A stretch of 64,000 nt of DNA from Spirochaetota bacterium (GCA_043803405.1 JAZDKB010000047.1:24782-88781); one strand, 5' to 3'; counted from the first letter of the stretch, positions 8,066-18,793 are shown. The notes: a model not told the origin generated them from the sequence alone. Made by a program: numbers and translations.

Positions 8066-10273
8066 ATGAATTTTTTTAAAATTTTAAAAGATATAATTTC
8101 ACGTCTGCTCACGGCGAAATTTTATTATCTTCCTGGCGTAATAATATTTTTCATTCTGTTCCTGATAAGCACATTTATGAATTTTGATTTTACGTATATG
8201 GGCAATAAAAATGAAAAGGTCATTGATCTTGTGATAGGCCATTATATCTTCACCGTCATTATGCAAAGCGTAAAAATTTTAACTCTATACCTGCTGATCG
8301 GCACTACACTGAATATTATTTTTTATATCGCGGTTAAAGAAATACAGAGACGCTTTAAGCTGTTTAAAAAAAGCGAAGAAAAATATATATTGCTGTACAC
8401 CATTATTCTTATTATTCTTTATGTATTTTTTACTTTTTCTCAAAAGCTGATACAGAATCCGCAGCCTTATGTTGAAAATTTCGCTTCTCATGCGGCTCTC
8501 TTTAAAAGTTATTTGTTTCTGTTAACCGACAAAGTCAATCCTGTTATATTTAATATTCTTACATATCTGATTTTAATTTCAGCATTGTCGTTTATTATTA
8601 TATCAATTAACTGGAAAATATTTTTAAATATATTTAATGCATCACATTTCAGGAATTCCGGGCAAATAATTTTTCTTATTGCCGCACTAGGCATATTTGC
8701 TTTTCTTTACGCAGAAGATATTATTCTTTTCAATCATTCAAAAGATAAACCGAATTTACTTGTTTTATCATCCGACGCTCTAAGGCCGGATCACATGAGC
8801 TTTAACGGCTACAGGAAAAATACAACTCCCAACATTGATGCTTTAGCCAAAGAATCAATCCAGTTCAGGAAAGTTTTTACAGCCCTGCCAAGGACTTTTC
8901 CTGCCTGGGTCAGCATTCTGACTTCCAGATATCCGATGACACACGGAATAAATCACATGTTCCCGCGTACAAGGGATAGATACGTAAAGCTCGATACGGC
9001 AGTCGATTATTTTAATGAACGCGGCTACAGAACTGCGGTAATATCGGATTTTGCGGGCGATATATTTCCCAGAATAGATCTTGGATTTGCAAAAATAAAA
9101 GCGCCGGAAATGAATATGCCTGTATTGATAAAACAAACCCTGCTTGAGAAACAGACATTTTTGCTGCCGTTCATTTCCGGAAAATTAGGCATGATTATTT
9201 TCCCGGAAATGAGGGACATGTCGAAACTCTCATTCCCGGAATTCATGACTGATGAAACAATAAGCGAGATCAATTCATGCAGGGGCGAGCCATTCTTTAT
9301 TACAACATTTTTTTCGATAACTCATTTCCCATTTTCAGCACCTTATCCCTATTATAAGAAATATGCAGTCCCGGGATATGACGGCCCATATAAATATTTT
9401 AAAGACAGAATAATCCGGGCCGATAACAGTAATTCTTCATCGCAGGATGTTACTTCAAAAGATAAAGAGCAGGTAAATGCTTTATACGACGGATGTTTGA
9501 ATAATCTTGACAATGAAATCGGCAGAATAGTGGATTTTTTGCGAAAGAAAAAAATTCTGGATAACACAATAATAATAATTACTTCGGATCACGGGGAAAA
9601 TCTTTACGAAAAGGAATTCGGGATGGGACACGGCGAGCATCTCAAAGGAAATTATTCGCTGGAGATCCCGTTTATTGTATATTACTCGAAACTGAAAGAT
9701 AAGGGGAAGACTATAGAAACAGCATCGAGCGCCATAGATATTATGCCGACTGTTTTTGATGTTGCGGGATTGAAAGAAAAGCCTGCGTATTTTGACGGGA
9801 TTTCTATTCTGAAAAAACTTAAGGATGCCGGCAATGCTTCCGCGAGCCGGTTCCCTGACGCGTATTGCGAAACCGGTATGTGGTTCGATAACGATAAATC
9901 GTCGCCTCTTTTCTTTCATCACCAGAGAATTGATTATCCGGACATATCCGGGGTATCCGAAATAGATTTCAGCTATAAAGATGAAGTCGTGATTTCGCAG
10001 AAGTATCAGAACATTGTCAACGGAGCGAAATACAGGGCAATTTATTCCGGCAGATACAAATTGATCTACATACCGCTTGCAACCGGACCCAGATTTGAAC
10101 TGTACGATTACAAGAGCGATCCGGATAACGAAAGAGATTTATCAGTTGAAAGAAACGATGTTCTTAATATTTTAAAAACAAAATTTTATGAGTTTATGGA
10201 TGAAAAAAGTGCGGGAAATTTTATCATCAAGAACGGTCTTCTTTTCCCGGCTTATGCAGATCCTGTGTTCTAG
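8066..10273 (+). CDS. Membrane-anchored sulfatase-like / alkaline-phosphatase-superfamily protein
   Basis: About 5 N-terminal TMs; KPNLLVLSSDALRPDH, TTPNID, RTFPAW..ILT.RYP..HG, TSDHGE, GHG. Confidence 0.85.
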   Translation: MNFFKILKDIISRLLTAKFYYLPGVIIFFILFLISTFMNFDFTYMGNKNEKVIDLVIGHYIFTVIMQSVKILTLYLLIGTTLNIIFYIAVKEIQRRFKLFKKSEEKYILLYTIILIILYVFFTFSQKLIQNPQPYVENFASHAALFKSYLFLLTDKVNPVIFNILTYLILISALSFIIISINWKIFLNIFNASHFRNSGQIIFLIAALGIFAFLYAEDIILFNHSKDKPNLLVLSSDALRPDHMSFNGYRKNTTPNIDALAKESIQFRKVFTALPRTFPAWVSILTSRYPMTHGINHMFPRTRDRYVKLDTAVDYFNERGYRTAVISDFAGDIFPRIDLGFAKIKAPEMNMPVLIKQTLLEKQTFLLPFISGKLGMIIFPEMRDMSKLSFPEFMTDETISEINSCRGEPFFITTFFSITHFPFSAPYPYYKKYAVPGYDGPYKYFKDRIIRADNSNSSSQDVTSKDKEQVNALYDGCLNNLDNEIGRIVDFLRKKKILDNTIIIITSDHGENLYEKEFGMGHGEHLKGNYSLEIPFIVYYSKLKDKGKTIETASSAIDIMPTVFDVAGLKEKPAYFDGISILKKLKDAGNASASRFPDAYCETGMWFDNDKSSPLFFHHQRIDYPDISGVSEIDFSYKDEVVISQKYQNIVNGAKYRAIYSGRYKLIYIPLATGPRFELYDYKSDPDNERDLSVERNDVLNILKTKFYEFMDEKSAGNFIIKNGLLFPAYADPVF

Positions 10274-10314
10274 TGCTTAGACCGTATGATCTTGATTTAA
10301 AAAGTATTTTAAAT
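10270..10314 (+). repeat. 45-nt fragment of the 34180-34352 MITE-like element end
   Basis: 38/45 identical by manual alignment to the reverse complement of 34308-34352. Confidence 0.8.
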
Positions 10315-12790
10315 GAATTTAAAAAGAAAACATAAAATAATATTTTTAATCCTGCTTGTTTTTATATTATTCTTATCTGCGTTTTACATCTGGCAGGCTT
10401 TTATTTTTTTTCCGAATGATTATAAAATAACAAAAGAAGAAGCGCAAAAGACAGAAGATGTACCCGGGTCGCAGGTGATCGCATTTTCTTTGATCGACTT
10501 GCTGGGCAATGCAGAGATCAGCGGATACAACAATCAAAAAACCCTTAAGATTTTAAATACCCTGAAAGATAATAATTATCTTATAAAAGATGATCCTTTC
10601 ATTAAAAACGCACAGCGGAATCTTTGCTTCAGGGCAGGCACAGGTTTTCCGGGGATATGGATTGACGAAAGATCCTCTATTATTATACCCGATAAAGCGG
10701 CAATTGCTTTTTACTTAAATCCGGATAAAGCTCCAATGCTGGAATTCTCCGCAATATCATTGCTTGAAGGAGGCTCCGTCAATATAGAGGTATCAGCATT
10801 AAACGGCGAAAAAATAACGCATTCTTATAACATTAAAAAATATGAACATAAATATTCGTCTAAAGATGCTGCGATTAAATGGAGCAATATAGGCTATAAA
10901 AAAGCAAGGGAAGATACAGGCTGGCAGGAATTCAGAATTGATTTGAAAAAATTTTCCGGATTAAGCACGAAGATCTTATTTTCTTTCAAATCGGATAAAG
11001 ATGATAAGGGAGTCGTATTTCTTGCTAATCCCAGAATATTCAAAATATCGGAAAAGAGACGTTACAATGTAATATATCTTGTATTTGACGGTGTTTCCAC
11101 AAGGCACTGGAGTTTTTATAATGAGCGTTCAAATCTCACTCCCTATATGAAAAAAATAGCTGAAAAAGAATTCGTCGTATTCGACAATATGTTCAGCCTG
11201 GGCAACAAAACGCGCATATCAACTGCCGGGCTTTTTTCTTCAGTACTGCCTTATAACACAAGGCACGGTATAAACAGAAATTATATTCCTGAAAATGAAA
11301 AGGAAAATTATTACAAATTAGTCCGATCGGGAGCGCTTGCTTCGATGCCGGATGTATTCAGAAAGAACGGATATATTGCGGAGCAATTCGGCAACAGCGG
11401 CTTCACTGTGCACCTACTTTCAACCGGCGTGGATTACGGCTTTGAAAAGTCTTATGAGTTCTCATATAACCCGTATGATTCTTACGGAATCTCGCACAAT
11501 CTTTTTAAGTTTTTAAGAAAAAATAAAAGCAGGGAATTCTTTTTGTATCTTCATTATAATACTCCTCATAAGCCTTTTTATGCCCCGATCAATTATTTTT
11601 TCACCGGGTTTATTAATGCTCCGTTTGAATGTTTGTGGCGGCCTGATTTTATGGGATGTATAAGTTATACGGACGATGTATTCAAGAATATTTATTTAGC
11701 TTTAAGAAGCAATAACCTTCTTGAAAATACGATTTTAATTGTCGCAACAGATCATGGAGCGGGCTATGATATTAAAAAATTCGACAGCGGATTTATGTAT
11801 AATGATTACACCAGAATGACATTCATGATGCGGCTGCCGGAGAAATTAAAAAAGAATTATAATATAAATGAAAAACGCATAGCAACATATATCTCTTCGA
11901 TTAATACAGCGCCGACACTGGTCGATCTTTGCGGATTAAATAAAGTACAGGCATTTAAAGGCAGGAGTTATTTAGATGTTTTAAACAAAACATATTCAAA
12001 ACAATTTTTTGATAATGAGATATGGTGCTTTGACAGAAAGGCAGTTTCGGTTATTACAGACGATATGTACAAATATATCTTAACTTTTCCCGACGGAAAC
12101 AGGATGGTAAAATGGGAGAATGGTTTCTGGGGAGAGCAGAAAGAGATACCTTATGAAGAGATTTATGATTTGAAGAGCGATAGTGAAGAAACGCGCAATT
12201 TAATTCATAAGAACAAACCAATACTGAAAAAGTTCCGAAATATTTATTTTAGTAATGATATACATCATCCGGAAAGGACAGTTCTATATTTTTTAAACAA
12301 TAATAAAGATAAGTCAAACATTGAAGTAGATATATTTAGTCAATCGAAACTTACAGATGTCTCATTATATACGGAAAAACTTCAGAAACTGGATACGCTA
12401 AAAATTCTGATGTCGGGTGCGACCACCCGGCTGGCATTTGAACTGGATGCAAACCCTTTATATCTTACTTTCGAAAACGAAAACGACAGGTCTCCGTTAT
12501 CCGTATTAATTAAATCCGACGGCAGGCTTTTGGACAAGAGCCAGATATATGCTACTTATTTAAATCTGAATATATTCGGGAACCCAGTAAATCTGGCTGA
12601 TAAAAAGGATTTTTTTCTGCTTAATGAAACTCGGCTTGCTTCAAAAACTGATTTAATTATCAAAAAAAATCTGTCTGTAAAAATTTCCAGGATTGACCTT
12701 CACAGGTGGATTGACATCGGGAATCTTGAAACTTCCGGCATTTCTGCCGGTATGAAAGAGACATTAAAATCCTGGGGCTATATTCAGTAA
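10313..12790 (+). CDS. Sulfatase-like / alkaline-phosphatase-superfamily protein with N-terminal anchor and beta-sandwich-like region
   Basis: NVIYLVFDG, LTP, FFLYLHY.TPH.P, ATDHG, EIYDL.SD..E..NL, C-terminal LKSWGYIQ. Confidence 0.8.
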   Translation: MNLKRKHKIIFLILLVFILFLSAFYIWQAFIFFPNDYKITKEEAQKTEDVPGSQVIAFSLIDLLGNAEISGYNNQKTLKILNTLKDNNYLIKDDPFIKNAQRNLCFRAGTGFPGIWIDERSSIIIPDKAAIAFYLNPDKAPMLEFSAISLLEGGSVNIEVSALNGEKITHSYNIKKYEHKYSSKDAAIKWSNIGYKKAREDTGWQEFRIDLKKFSGLSTKILFSFKSDKDDKGVVFLANPRIFKISEKRRYNVIYLVFDGVSTRHWSFYNERSNLTPYMKKIAEKEFVVFDNMFSLGNKTRISTAGLFSSVLPYNTRHGINRNYIPENEKENYYKLVRSGALASMPDVFRKNGYIAEQFGNSGFTVHLLSTGVDYGFEKSYEFSYNPYDSYGISHNLFKFLRKNKSREFFLYLHYNTPHKPFYAPINYFFTGFINAPFECLWRPDFMGCISYTDDVFKNIYLALRSNNLLENTILIVATDHGAGYDIKKFDSGFMYNDYTRMTFMMRLPEKLKKNYNINEKRIATYISSINTAPTLVDLCGLNKVQAFKGRSYLDVLNKTYSKQFFDNEIWCFDRKAVSVITDDMYKYILTFPDGNRMVKWENGFWGEQKEIPYEEIYDLKSDSEETRNLIHKNKPILKKFRNIYFSNDIHHPERTVLYFLNNNKDKSNIEVDIFSQSKLTDVSLYTEKLQKLDTLKILMSGATTRLAFELDANPLYLTFENENDRSPLSVLIKSDGRLLDKSQIYATYLNLNIFGNPVNLADKKDFFLLNETRLASKTDLIIKKNLSVKISRIDLHRWIDIGNLETSGISAGMKETLKSWGYIQ

Positions 12791-12960
12791 TCAGTGAATT
12801 AGTTGCATCAACAGCTGGCTATAAATATGAAAAATATTTATTGACTTTACAATTAATTTAATAATATAGTAATTATCGTATTTAATACTTTTAGAGCATA
12901 TCCTAAAATAAATACATTCAATATGCACTTATAATAATATAGTCATAAGGAGGATCATCA

Positions 12961-13533
12961 ATGAAAAAGTTTGCATTATTGTTATCACTGGCATTTTTAA
13001 TTACAGCGTGCGGCGGAGGGACTCAATACAGGGACCCTGCAAAAGACAAAGGATCAGCTGAATTCGGACCAAAAGAAATAAAGATGACAGTCAACAAACT
13101 GGCCGGCTCAATGTATGTATTTCTAAAGGATGACTGGAAACAGGCAGCATTTCTGCAGGTGAAAAAATTCAGGAACAAAACTTCCGATCACAGCATCGAC
13201 ACTCAGCTTATATCAAATGAAATTGCTGAATATTTAATTAAAAAAAGAATATATTTCATTGATGATTCATTAACAAAAGAAGCTATAGAAGAAATGCAGA
13301 AAGGCATGACCGGCCTCATAGATCCGGAAGCAGCGATTCCGGTCGGCATGATGAAGTCGCCTAATCTGTATCTCACAGGCGAAGTAAATGACAACAACAG
13401 GACAGTTGACGGAAAAAGACTTCAGTACCTTGTTATTTCCATGAAATTGGTTAACGTTAAAACAGGCGTAGACGTATGGCGCGATAAACAGGAATTTCTT
13501 AAAGCTACATCGAAAAATAAAGTATCTTTTTAA
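12961..13533 (+). CDS. lpoB: Penicillin-binding protein activator LpoB-family lipoprotein
   Basis: Lipobox ITAC, FRNKTSDH.IDT, MKLVNVKTG..VW; RBS aaggagg. Confidence 0.75.
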   Translation: MKKFALLLSLAFLITACGGGTQYRDPAKDKGSAEFGPKEIKMTVNKLAGSMYVFLKDDWKQAAFLQVKKFRNKTSDHSIDTQLISNEIAEYLIKKRIYFIDDSLTKEAIEEMQKGMTGLIDPEAAIPVGMMKSPNLYLTGEVNDNNRTVDGKRLQYLVISMKLVNVKTGVDVWRDKQEFLKATSKNKVSF

Positions 13534-13558
13534 CTAAGTCAGTACAGGGACAATATAA

Positions 13559-14959
13559 ATGAAGAATGGAATAATGCGCAGTATTCTGTTTGTAATTATA
13601 TTTGCAATTGCCGGATGTTCGACAGATTACAATACTTTAATAAAGGATTCCGAAAACGAATTCAATAAAAATAATTACATGAGAGCGGCAGAGAAAATGC
13701 TCCCGTACATTAATAAAGAAGATAACAACCAGCTTCTGTATATGATGGAATGCGGATTAATGCTTCATGCTGCGGGCGAATACGAAAAGAGCAATAAGAT
13801 ATTTATTGAAGCTGCTAAACTGGCTAACAGAATCGCGACCAGTTTGCGTAAAGAAGCGGCAGCTCTTTTGCTTAATGAGACAAAGACGAATTATAAAGGA
13901 GAGGATTTTGAAGTTGTCCTGATCCACATGTATATGGGCATAAATTATCTCATGCTTAATAATGCCGATAACGCGCGTATTTCATTTAAAAAAGTAAATG
14001 ATTTGCTCAGGGAAATAAATCTAATTTCAGGAAAGGATTACAAGCAAAATTTGATGGCAAAGTACCTGACAGCAATAGCTTTTGAATTGTCCGCAAAAGT
14101 AAATAAAGATGAGAACGATACTGAATTTGCTTATATCGAATATAAACAAATTCATGAACTTGATCCTAAGCTTGAAATGGTTTACGGCGATCTGCAAAGA
14201 CTGGCTCTTATGCTTGGCGATAAAGATGACTATAATAAATGGACTGCCAAATTCGGAAAAAAATATAATACGCCGAGAGATGCCGGGGAGCTGATTGTTT
14301 TCTTCCAGGCAGGACAGGGCGCAATAAAGGCTAGCAGAGGATCGCTTCTTAGTGACGCGAAAATGAAGAACGGAGTTACCGTATCATTAAATGGCATGCC
14401 TTTAAAAGCCGGTGTTACAGTCGCAGGTGCTTTAATTGCATTAAAAATAGCGGAACACCCCATACCGGTATTTAAAAAAAGGTCCAATAAAATAAGACAG
14501 CTAGCTATAAATTTGAATGGCTACGATATGGTAAGCACCCTTATGCTTGAAGATATTGAGAATACAGCGTTAAAAAATATGGAAGATGATTATTCCAGGA
14601 TGTATATGAAAGTAGCTGCGGGCATTGCTGTTAAGGCAGCGGCATCTATTGCTGCCGGAATCGCAGCAAAAGAGGCTGCAGAAAGATTCAAAAAAGCAAG
14701 CCCGTATGCTGGTGTCATAGGATTAGTTGTGGGAGCAGGGACGGGCAGTGCTCTTGCCTCTCAGATAAAGCCCGACCTTCGGTGCTGGCACAGCCTGCCT
14801 GCCAACCTTCAAATCGGCAGACTTTTCCTGAAACCCGGAGTGTACAATATTGCTGTTAAATATATTGACTACAACGGAAAAATAAACGATACCAGGACAA
14901 ATAAAATCGAAATTAAAAAGGGTGAAAAAGCTTTCCTTAATTACAGGACTGTGTATTAA
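13559..14959 (+). CDS. COG3014-like TPR lipoprotein
   Basis: Lipobox IAGC, helical repeats, Y.GEDFE, PDLRCWHSLP; usual neighbour of lpoB-like genes. Confidence 0.75.
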   Translation: MKNGIMRSILFVIIFAIAGCSTDYNTLIKDSENEFNKNNYMRAAEKMLPYINKEDNNQLLYMMECGLMLHAAGEYEKSNKIFIEAAKLANRIATSLRKEAAALLLNETKTNYKGEDFEVVLIHMYMGINYLMLNNADNARISFKKVNDLLREINLISGKDYKQNLMAKYLTAIAFELSAKVNKDENDTEFAYIEYKQIHELDPKLEMVYGDLQRLALMLGDKDDYNKWTAKFGKKYNTPRDAGELIVFFQAGQGAIKASRGSLLSDAKMKNGVTVSLNGMPLKAGVTVAGALIALKIAEHPIPVFKKRSNKIRQLAINLNGYDMVSTLMLEDIENTALKNMEDDYSRMYMKVAAGIAVKAAASIAAGIAAKEAAERFKKASPYAGVIGLVVGAGTGSALASQIKPDLRCWHSLPANLQIGRLFLKPGVYNIAVKYIDYNGKINDTRTNKIEIKKGEKAFLNYRTVY

Positions 14960-15151
14960 TATCCTATCCAAACCTGGACAAATAATTAAGCTTGAAAAGC
15001 AGTCCTGTTCTTTAATTATAATTAGTCCTTGACATAAACAAAAACAAATTTTTAGTCTAAGCCTCACTGGAAACAATCTTGATTTTGCCTCTCATTTCAA
15101 ATAAATAAATAGTTTTAGTTTGCACTCTAAATTATTTCAATATAATTCATT

Positions 15152-15853
15152 ATGAATAAAGACATTAAAACAATGATAGACCTTCAGCGATATATGGATA
15201 ATATATTACGAGGTAAAAACGGCATTGAAAAAAATGAAAAGTCGATTTTATACTGGAAAAAAGAGCAGGAAGAAAAAAAGAAAGAAATACTAATTCTTGA
15301 AGAGAATATAAAAGAATTAAAGATTACGATTAAACAAAAGGAAATTGATCTCTCTGAAAAGGAAGAGCAGCTAAAAAAGCTGGAGAAAAGAAAAGATATT
15401 GTAAAAAATGAGAAAGAAATGACAGCTCTGGAACACGAGTACAGCAAAGTTAAAGCCGATAAAGATATTCTGGAAAACGACACACTTGAGATGATGGATT
15501 TTATTGAACAAAAACAATCAAAATGTGATCTACTTGATTCCGACTTAAATAATTTTACAAAACAATTTACCCTTGATATCAGGAATCTTGAAGAAAAGAT
15601 AGAGGATTTAAAAAAAATAATTACTGAAAATCAGCAGAATTTTGACGGATGCACAGATCAATTGTCGCCATCTGTAAAAGCAAAGTTTTTAAAATTAATT
15701 AAATCACAAAATGGCAAAGCAATCTCTTCAATCGAAGGAGAAAATTGCAGCATTTGCAATTTCCAGGTTCCTTTTAATGTAATTCAGGATTTGTCAAAAG
15801 AAAATATGATTGTCAATTGTACAAATTGCGGCAGATTTTTATATAAAGAATAA
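15152..15853 (+). CDS. Coiled-coil plus C4 zinc-ribbon protein (COG1579)
   Basis: Long coiled coil, then CSIC...CTNCGRFLY. Confidence 0.88.
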   Translation: MNKDIKTMIDLQRYMDNILRGKNGIEKNEKSILYWKKEQEEKKKEILILEENIKELKITIKQKEIDLSEKEEQLKKLEKRKDIVKNEKEMTALEHEYSKVKADKDILENDTLEMMDFIEQKQSKCDLLDSDLNNFTKQFTLDIRNLEEKIEDLKKIITENQQNFDGCTDQLSPSVKAKFLKLIKSQNGKAISSIEGENCSICNFQVPFNVIQDLSKENMIVNCTNCGRFLYKE

Positions 15854-15879
15854 TTTTTTTTGTGAGAAATGAGGAATAA

Positions 15880-16572
15880 ATGCTTTTAAGTATTGATAGG
15901 GTTTTACAGCTGTTATCCGAAGGAAAAGACGTTAAAAAGATAGCTGAAATGTCCAAAGCGGGCGAGGACGATGTATGTAAAGTAATTGAAGAAGCAAGAA
16001 AACTGTTGCATAATCAGGAAGGAGCAAAATCAAGAAAAAAAGTCATTTTTAAAAAGAAAGGATCCCAAAATTTTGACATTTTACCGTCAGCAAATAATAG
16101 TTCAGCCGGGGAAGGCGAAGAAATTGTTGCGGAAGAGATATTTGAGGGAGCAGAGCTCTCGGCAGTACCGCTCGGATCATATTTGCTGATGTATACGGAC
16201 GGGGCTTCAAGCGGGAATCCCGGCCCTTCGGGTATTGGAGTAGTAATAAATGACAGGGAAGACAGAACAGTAGGAAAAGTTTCCTGTTTCATAGGAATAA
16301 ATACGAATAATTTTGCGGAATATTCGGCTATAATACGGGCGTTACAAATAGCGATTTATTTTAAAACCAAAGATTTAAAAATAAGAACTGATTCGGAATT
16401 AGTTGTAAAACAGTTAAAAGGTGTATATAAAGTAACCAGTGATAACATAAAGCCTCTTTATGAAAAAGCACAAAAACTTAAAAGAAAAATTAATAGTTGC
16501 AGAATAGAACACATTCCCAGGTCGCTTAATGATAAAGCGGATTATCTTGCAAAAAAAGCAGTTTCAGAATAA
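15880..16572 (+). CDS. rnhA: Ribonuclease HI with N-terminal extension
   Basis: YTDGASSGNPGPSG, TNNFAEY, DSELVVKQL.G.Y, HIPR..N..AD.LA. Confidence 0.92.
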   Translation: MLLSIDRVLQLLSEGKDVKKIAEMSKAGEDDVCKVIEEARKLLHNQEGAKSRKKVIFKKKGSQNFDILPSANNSSAGEGEEIVAEEIFEGAELSAVPLGSYLLMYTDGASSGNPGPSGIGVVINDREDRTVGKVSCFIGINTNNFAEYSAIIRALQIAIYFKTKDLKIRTDSELVVKQLKGVYKVTSDNIKPLYEKAQKLKRKINSCRIEHIPRSLNDKADYLAKKAVSE

Positions 16573-16591
16573 AAAGTGAAACATAATATCT

Positions 16592-18646
16592 ATGAAGTCA
16601 AATTGGCTCACAAAAACGATTGACGAAGAAACAATAAACGAGTTTTCGAGTGTACTTGGAATAGATAGATCATTAGCATCAATTCTGCTGGTAAGAGGAA
16701 TCACAAATATTAAAGAAGCACACCGTTTTCTGAATCCGAGATTATCCGGCCTTCATAGTCCGTATTTAATGAAAGGCATGTACGATGCGGTAATGCGTAT
16801 CCGGAAGGCAATATCAGGGAATGAAAAAATAGGCATTTTCGCGGATTCCGACCTGGATGGTTTGACGTCACTGACAGTATTAACGAATCTTCTGGAAAAT
16901 TTTGGAAATAAACCGCATTATCGCTTTGCTGTGGACGATGAAGAATACGGGCTGAGAAAAGAAGTCATTGATGAAATGATTGATAACAAAATAACGCTTC
17001 TAATAACGCTGGATTGCGGCATCAGGGATATTGAAGAGATCGGCTATGCAAAAGAACTTGGAATTGATGTTATTGTATGCGATCATCATGAACAAAAAAA
17101 CGAACTGCCGTCTGCAATTATAATAAATCCGAAATTATGGGACTCTGAATATCCGTTCAAGGAACTGGCCGGTGTCGGAGTTACCTTTAAATTTTGTCAC
17201 GCTATTCTGATGAGCTACCTGCAAAGCTTCAATAAATTATTTATTATTATAATTAAAGATGAAAACTCAATATGTTTATCTTTCATAAAAAACGGAATAG
17301 TCGAAAGGATTGAAAAAATAAAAGAAGTTTCTGAACTAAAGCCGGAAAATATCGGATCCGCTGATGAATGCAATATAATTATATTCGATACTGAAGACAA
17401 TGCCGAATTAAAGAGAATCTTTAAAGATTATAAAATTTTTTATTTTAACAATCTGTTAAATGTAATGCCGGGTAAAAAAGTATTGCCAAATGCAGGGCTT
17501 GACGAATTATGTAAAACATTTTCAATAAATAGAAAAATTTTCAATAATAAATGCGACATTATTAATATAATTTTTTCGGAAATCGAATACAATAATTCCG
17601 AAAAAGTAATTAATTTTTTAAATTCAATTATTGACCTGGTTTCAGTCGGCACAGTTGCGGATATTATGCCGTTATCGGGTGAGAACAGGATCATCATTCA
17701 TCATGGTTTAAAATCACTTAACTCAACCAGCCATCCGGGTTTATCCATCCTGGTAAAAAAATTGTCCAGCAAAATGACGGCAAAAAAGATAGCATGGGAT
17801 ATTTCTCCGCTTCTAAATACACCCGGACGATTCGGGAAAACACATTTAATAGCTAAATTTTTTCTGGAAAAAGACAAAGAAAAATTAACACAGGTTATTA
17901 GTGAAATCAATAAGTTGAATGAAAAAAGAAAAGCACTAATAGCTGAATTATTTAATATCTTTTATTCGGAAATATCGGAAGGTAAACATATTTCCGCGGA
18001 AAAGCTTGTTTTCATAACATCGGAGAAAATACCTGAGGGGCTGTGCGGTTTACTGGCCAACAGGATTGCGGATATTACAAATAAGCCTGTAATTATAATA
18101 TCGCTGTACGGCAATAAAGAAATGGTTAAAGGATCGGGCAGGGCAGTAGGAAATTTTAATTTTTTTTCAATAGTAGAAACACATTCCGATCTTTTTGAAA
18201 AAATCGGGGGACATAAGCAGGCTTTTGGTTTTACAGTCAGTAAGGACAATATCGAAAAATTAAGAAAAAAAGTCGTAGAATCAATTGAAAATCGCTTCAT
18301 AAAAAAGACAGATTATAATATTGATCTTAATATACCCATTGAATCAATTAATTATAATTTTATAAACAGTCTGGATTTGTTTGAACCATATGGATATCGC
18401 AACGAAGAATGTCTTTTCCTTACCAGAAATGTTGAATTAAGCGATTTTAGAAGATTCGGGCAGAACATGAATCATGGTAAATTCTTTTTTAAAAAAAATA
18501 AATACGTTGAAGCAATCGGTTGGGACATGGCTGATACTATGGAAGAATACATGCGCAATAAAAAAGTTGATATAATATATAAACTGGAGAATAGCACATA
18601 TAATGGACGTATATTCCCCCGGATGCTGGTTGTGGATTTAAGTTAG
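16592..18646 (+). CDS. recJ: ssDNA exonuclease RecJ with an internal insertion of about 135 aa
   Basis: DSDLDG, TLDCG, CDHH, YPFKELAGVGV, GTVADIMPL..ENR, P.LN..GR, GSGR, GGH..A.G, LEP-like FEPYG..N. Confidence 0.93.
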   Translation: MKSNWLTKTIDEETINEFSSVLGIDRSLASILLVRGITNIKEAHRFLNPRLSGLHSPYLMKGMYDAVMRIRKAISGNEKIGIFADSDLDGLTSLTVLTNLLENFGNKPHYRFAVDDEEYGLRKEVIDEMIDNKITLLITLDCGIRDIEEIGYAKELGIDVIVCDHHEQKNELPSAIIINPKLWDSEYPFKELAGVGVTFKFCHAILMSYLQSFNKLFIIIIKDENSICLSFIKNGIVERIEKIKEVSELKPENIGSADECNIIIFDTEDNAELKRIFKDYKIFYFNNLLNVMPGKKVLPNAGLDELCKTFSINRKIFNNKCDIINIIFSEIEYNNSEKVINFLNSIIDLVSVGTVADIMPLSGENRIIIHHGLKSLNSTSHPGLSILVKKLSSKMTAKKIAWDISPLLNTPGRFGKTHLIAKFFLEKDKEKLTQVISEINKLNEKRKALIAELFNIFYSEISEGKHISAEKLVFITSEKIPEGLCGLLANRIADITNKPVIIISLYGNKEMVKGSGRAVGNFNFFSIVETHSDLFEKIGGHKQAFGFTVSKDNIEKLRKKVVESIENRFIKKTDYNIDLNIPIESINYNFINSLDLFEPYGYRNEECLFLTRNVELSDFRRFGQNMNHGKFFFKKNKYVEAIGWDMADTMEEYMRNKKVDIIYKLENSTYNGRIFPRMLVVDLS

Positions 18647-18793
18647 ATTATAATATTATTTTAAATAATATTTGACTTTATTTTGAAATATATAATATAA
18701 TATAAAACAAGCTTAAAATCATAAAAAATTGATAATATATATACAGAACGAATTATCATATTTAATAATGCATCAATAATCAAGGAACAATAT

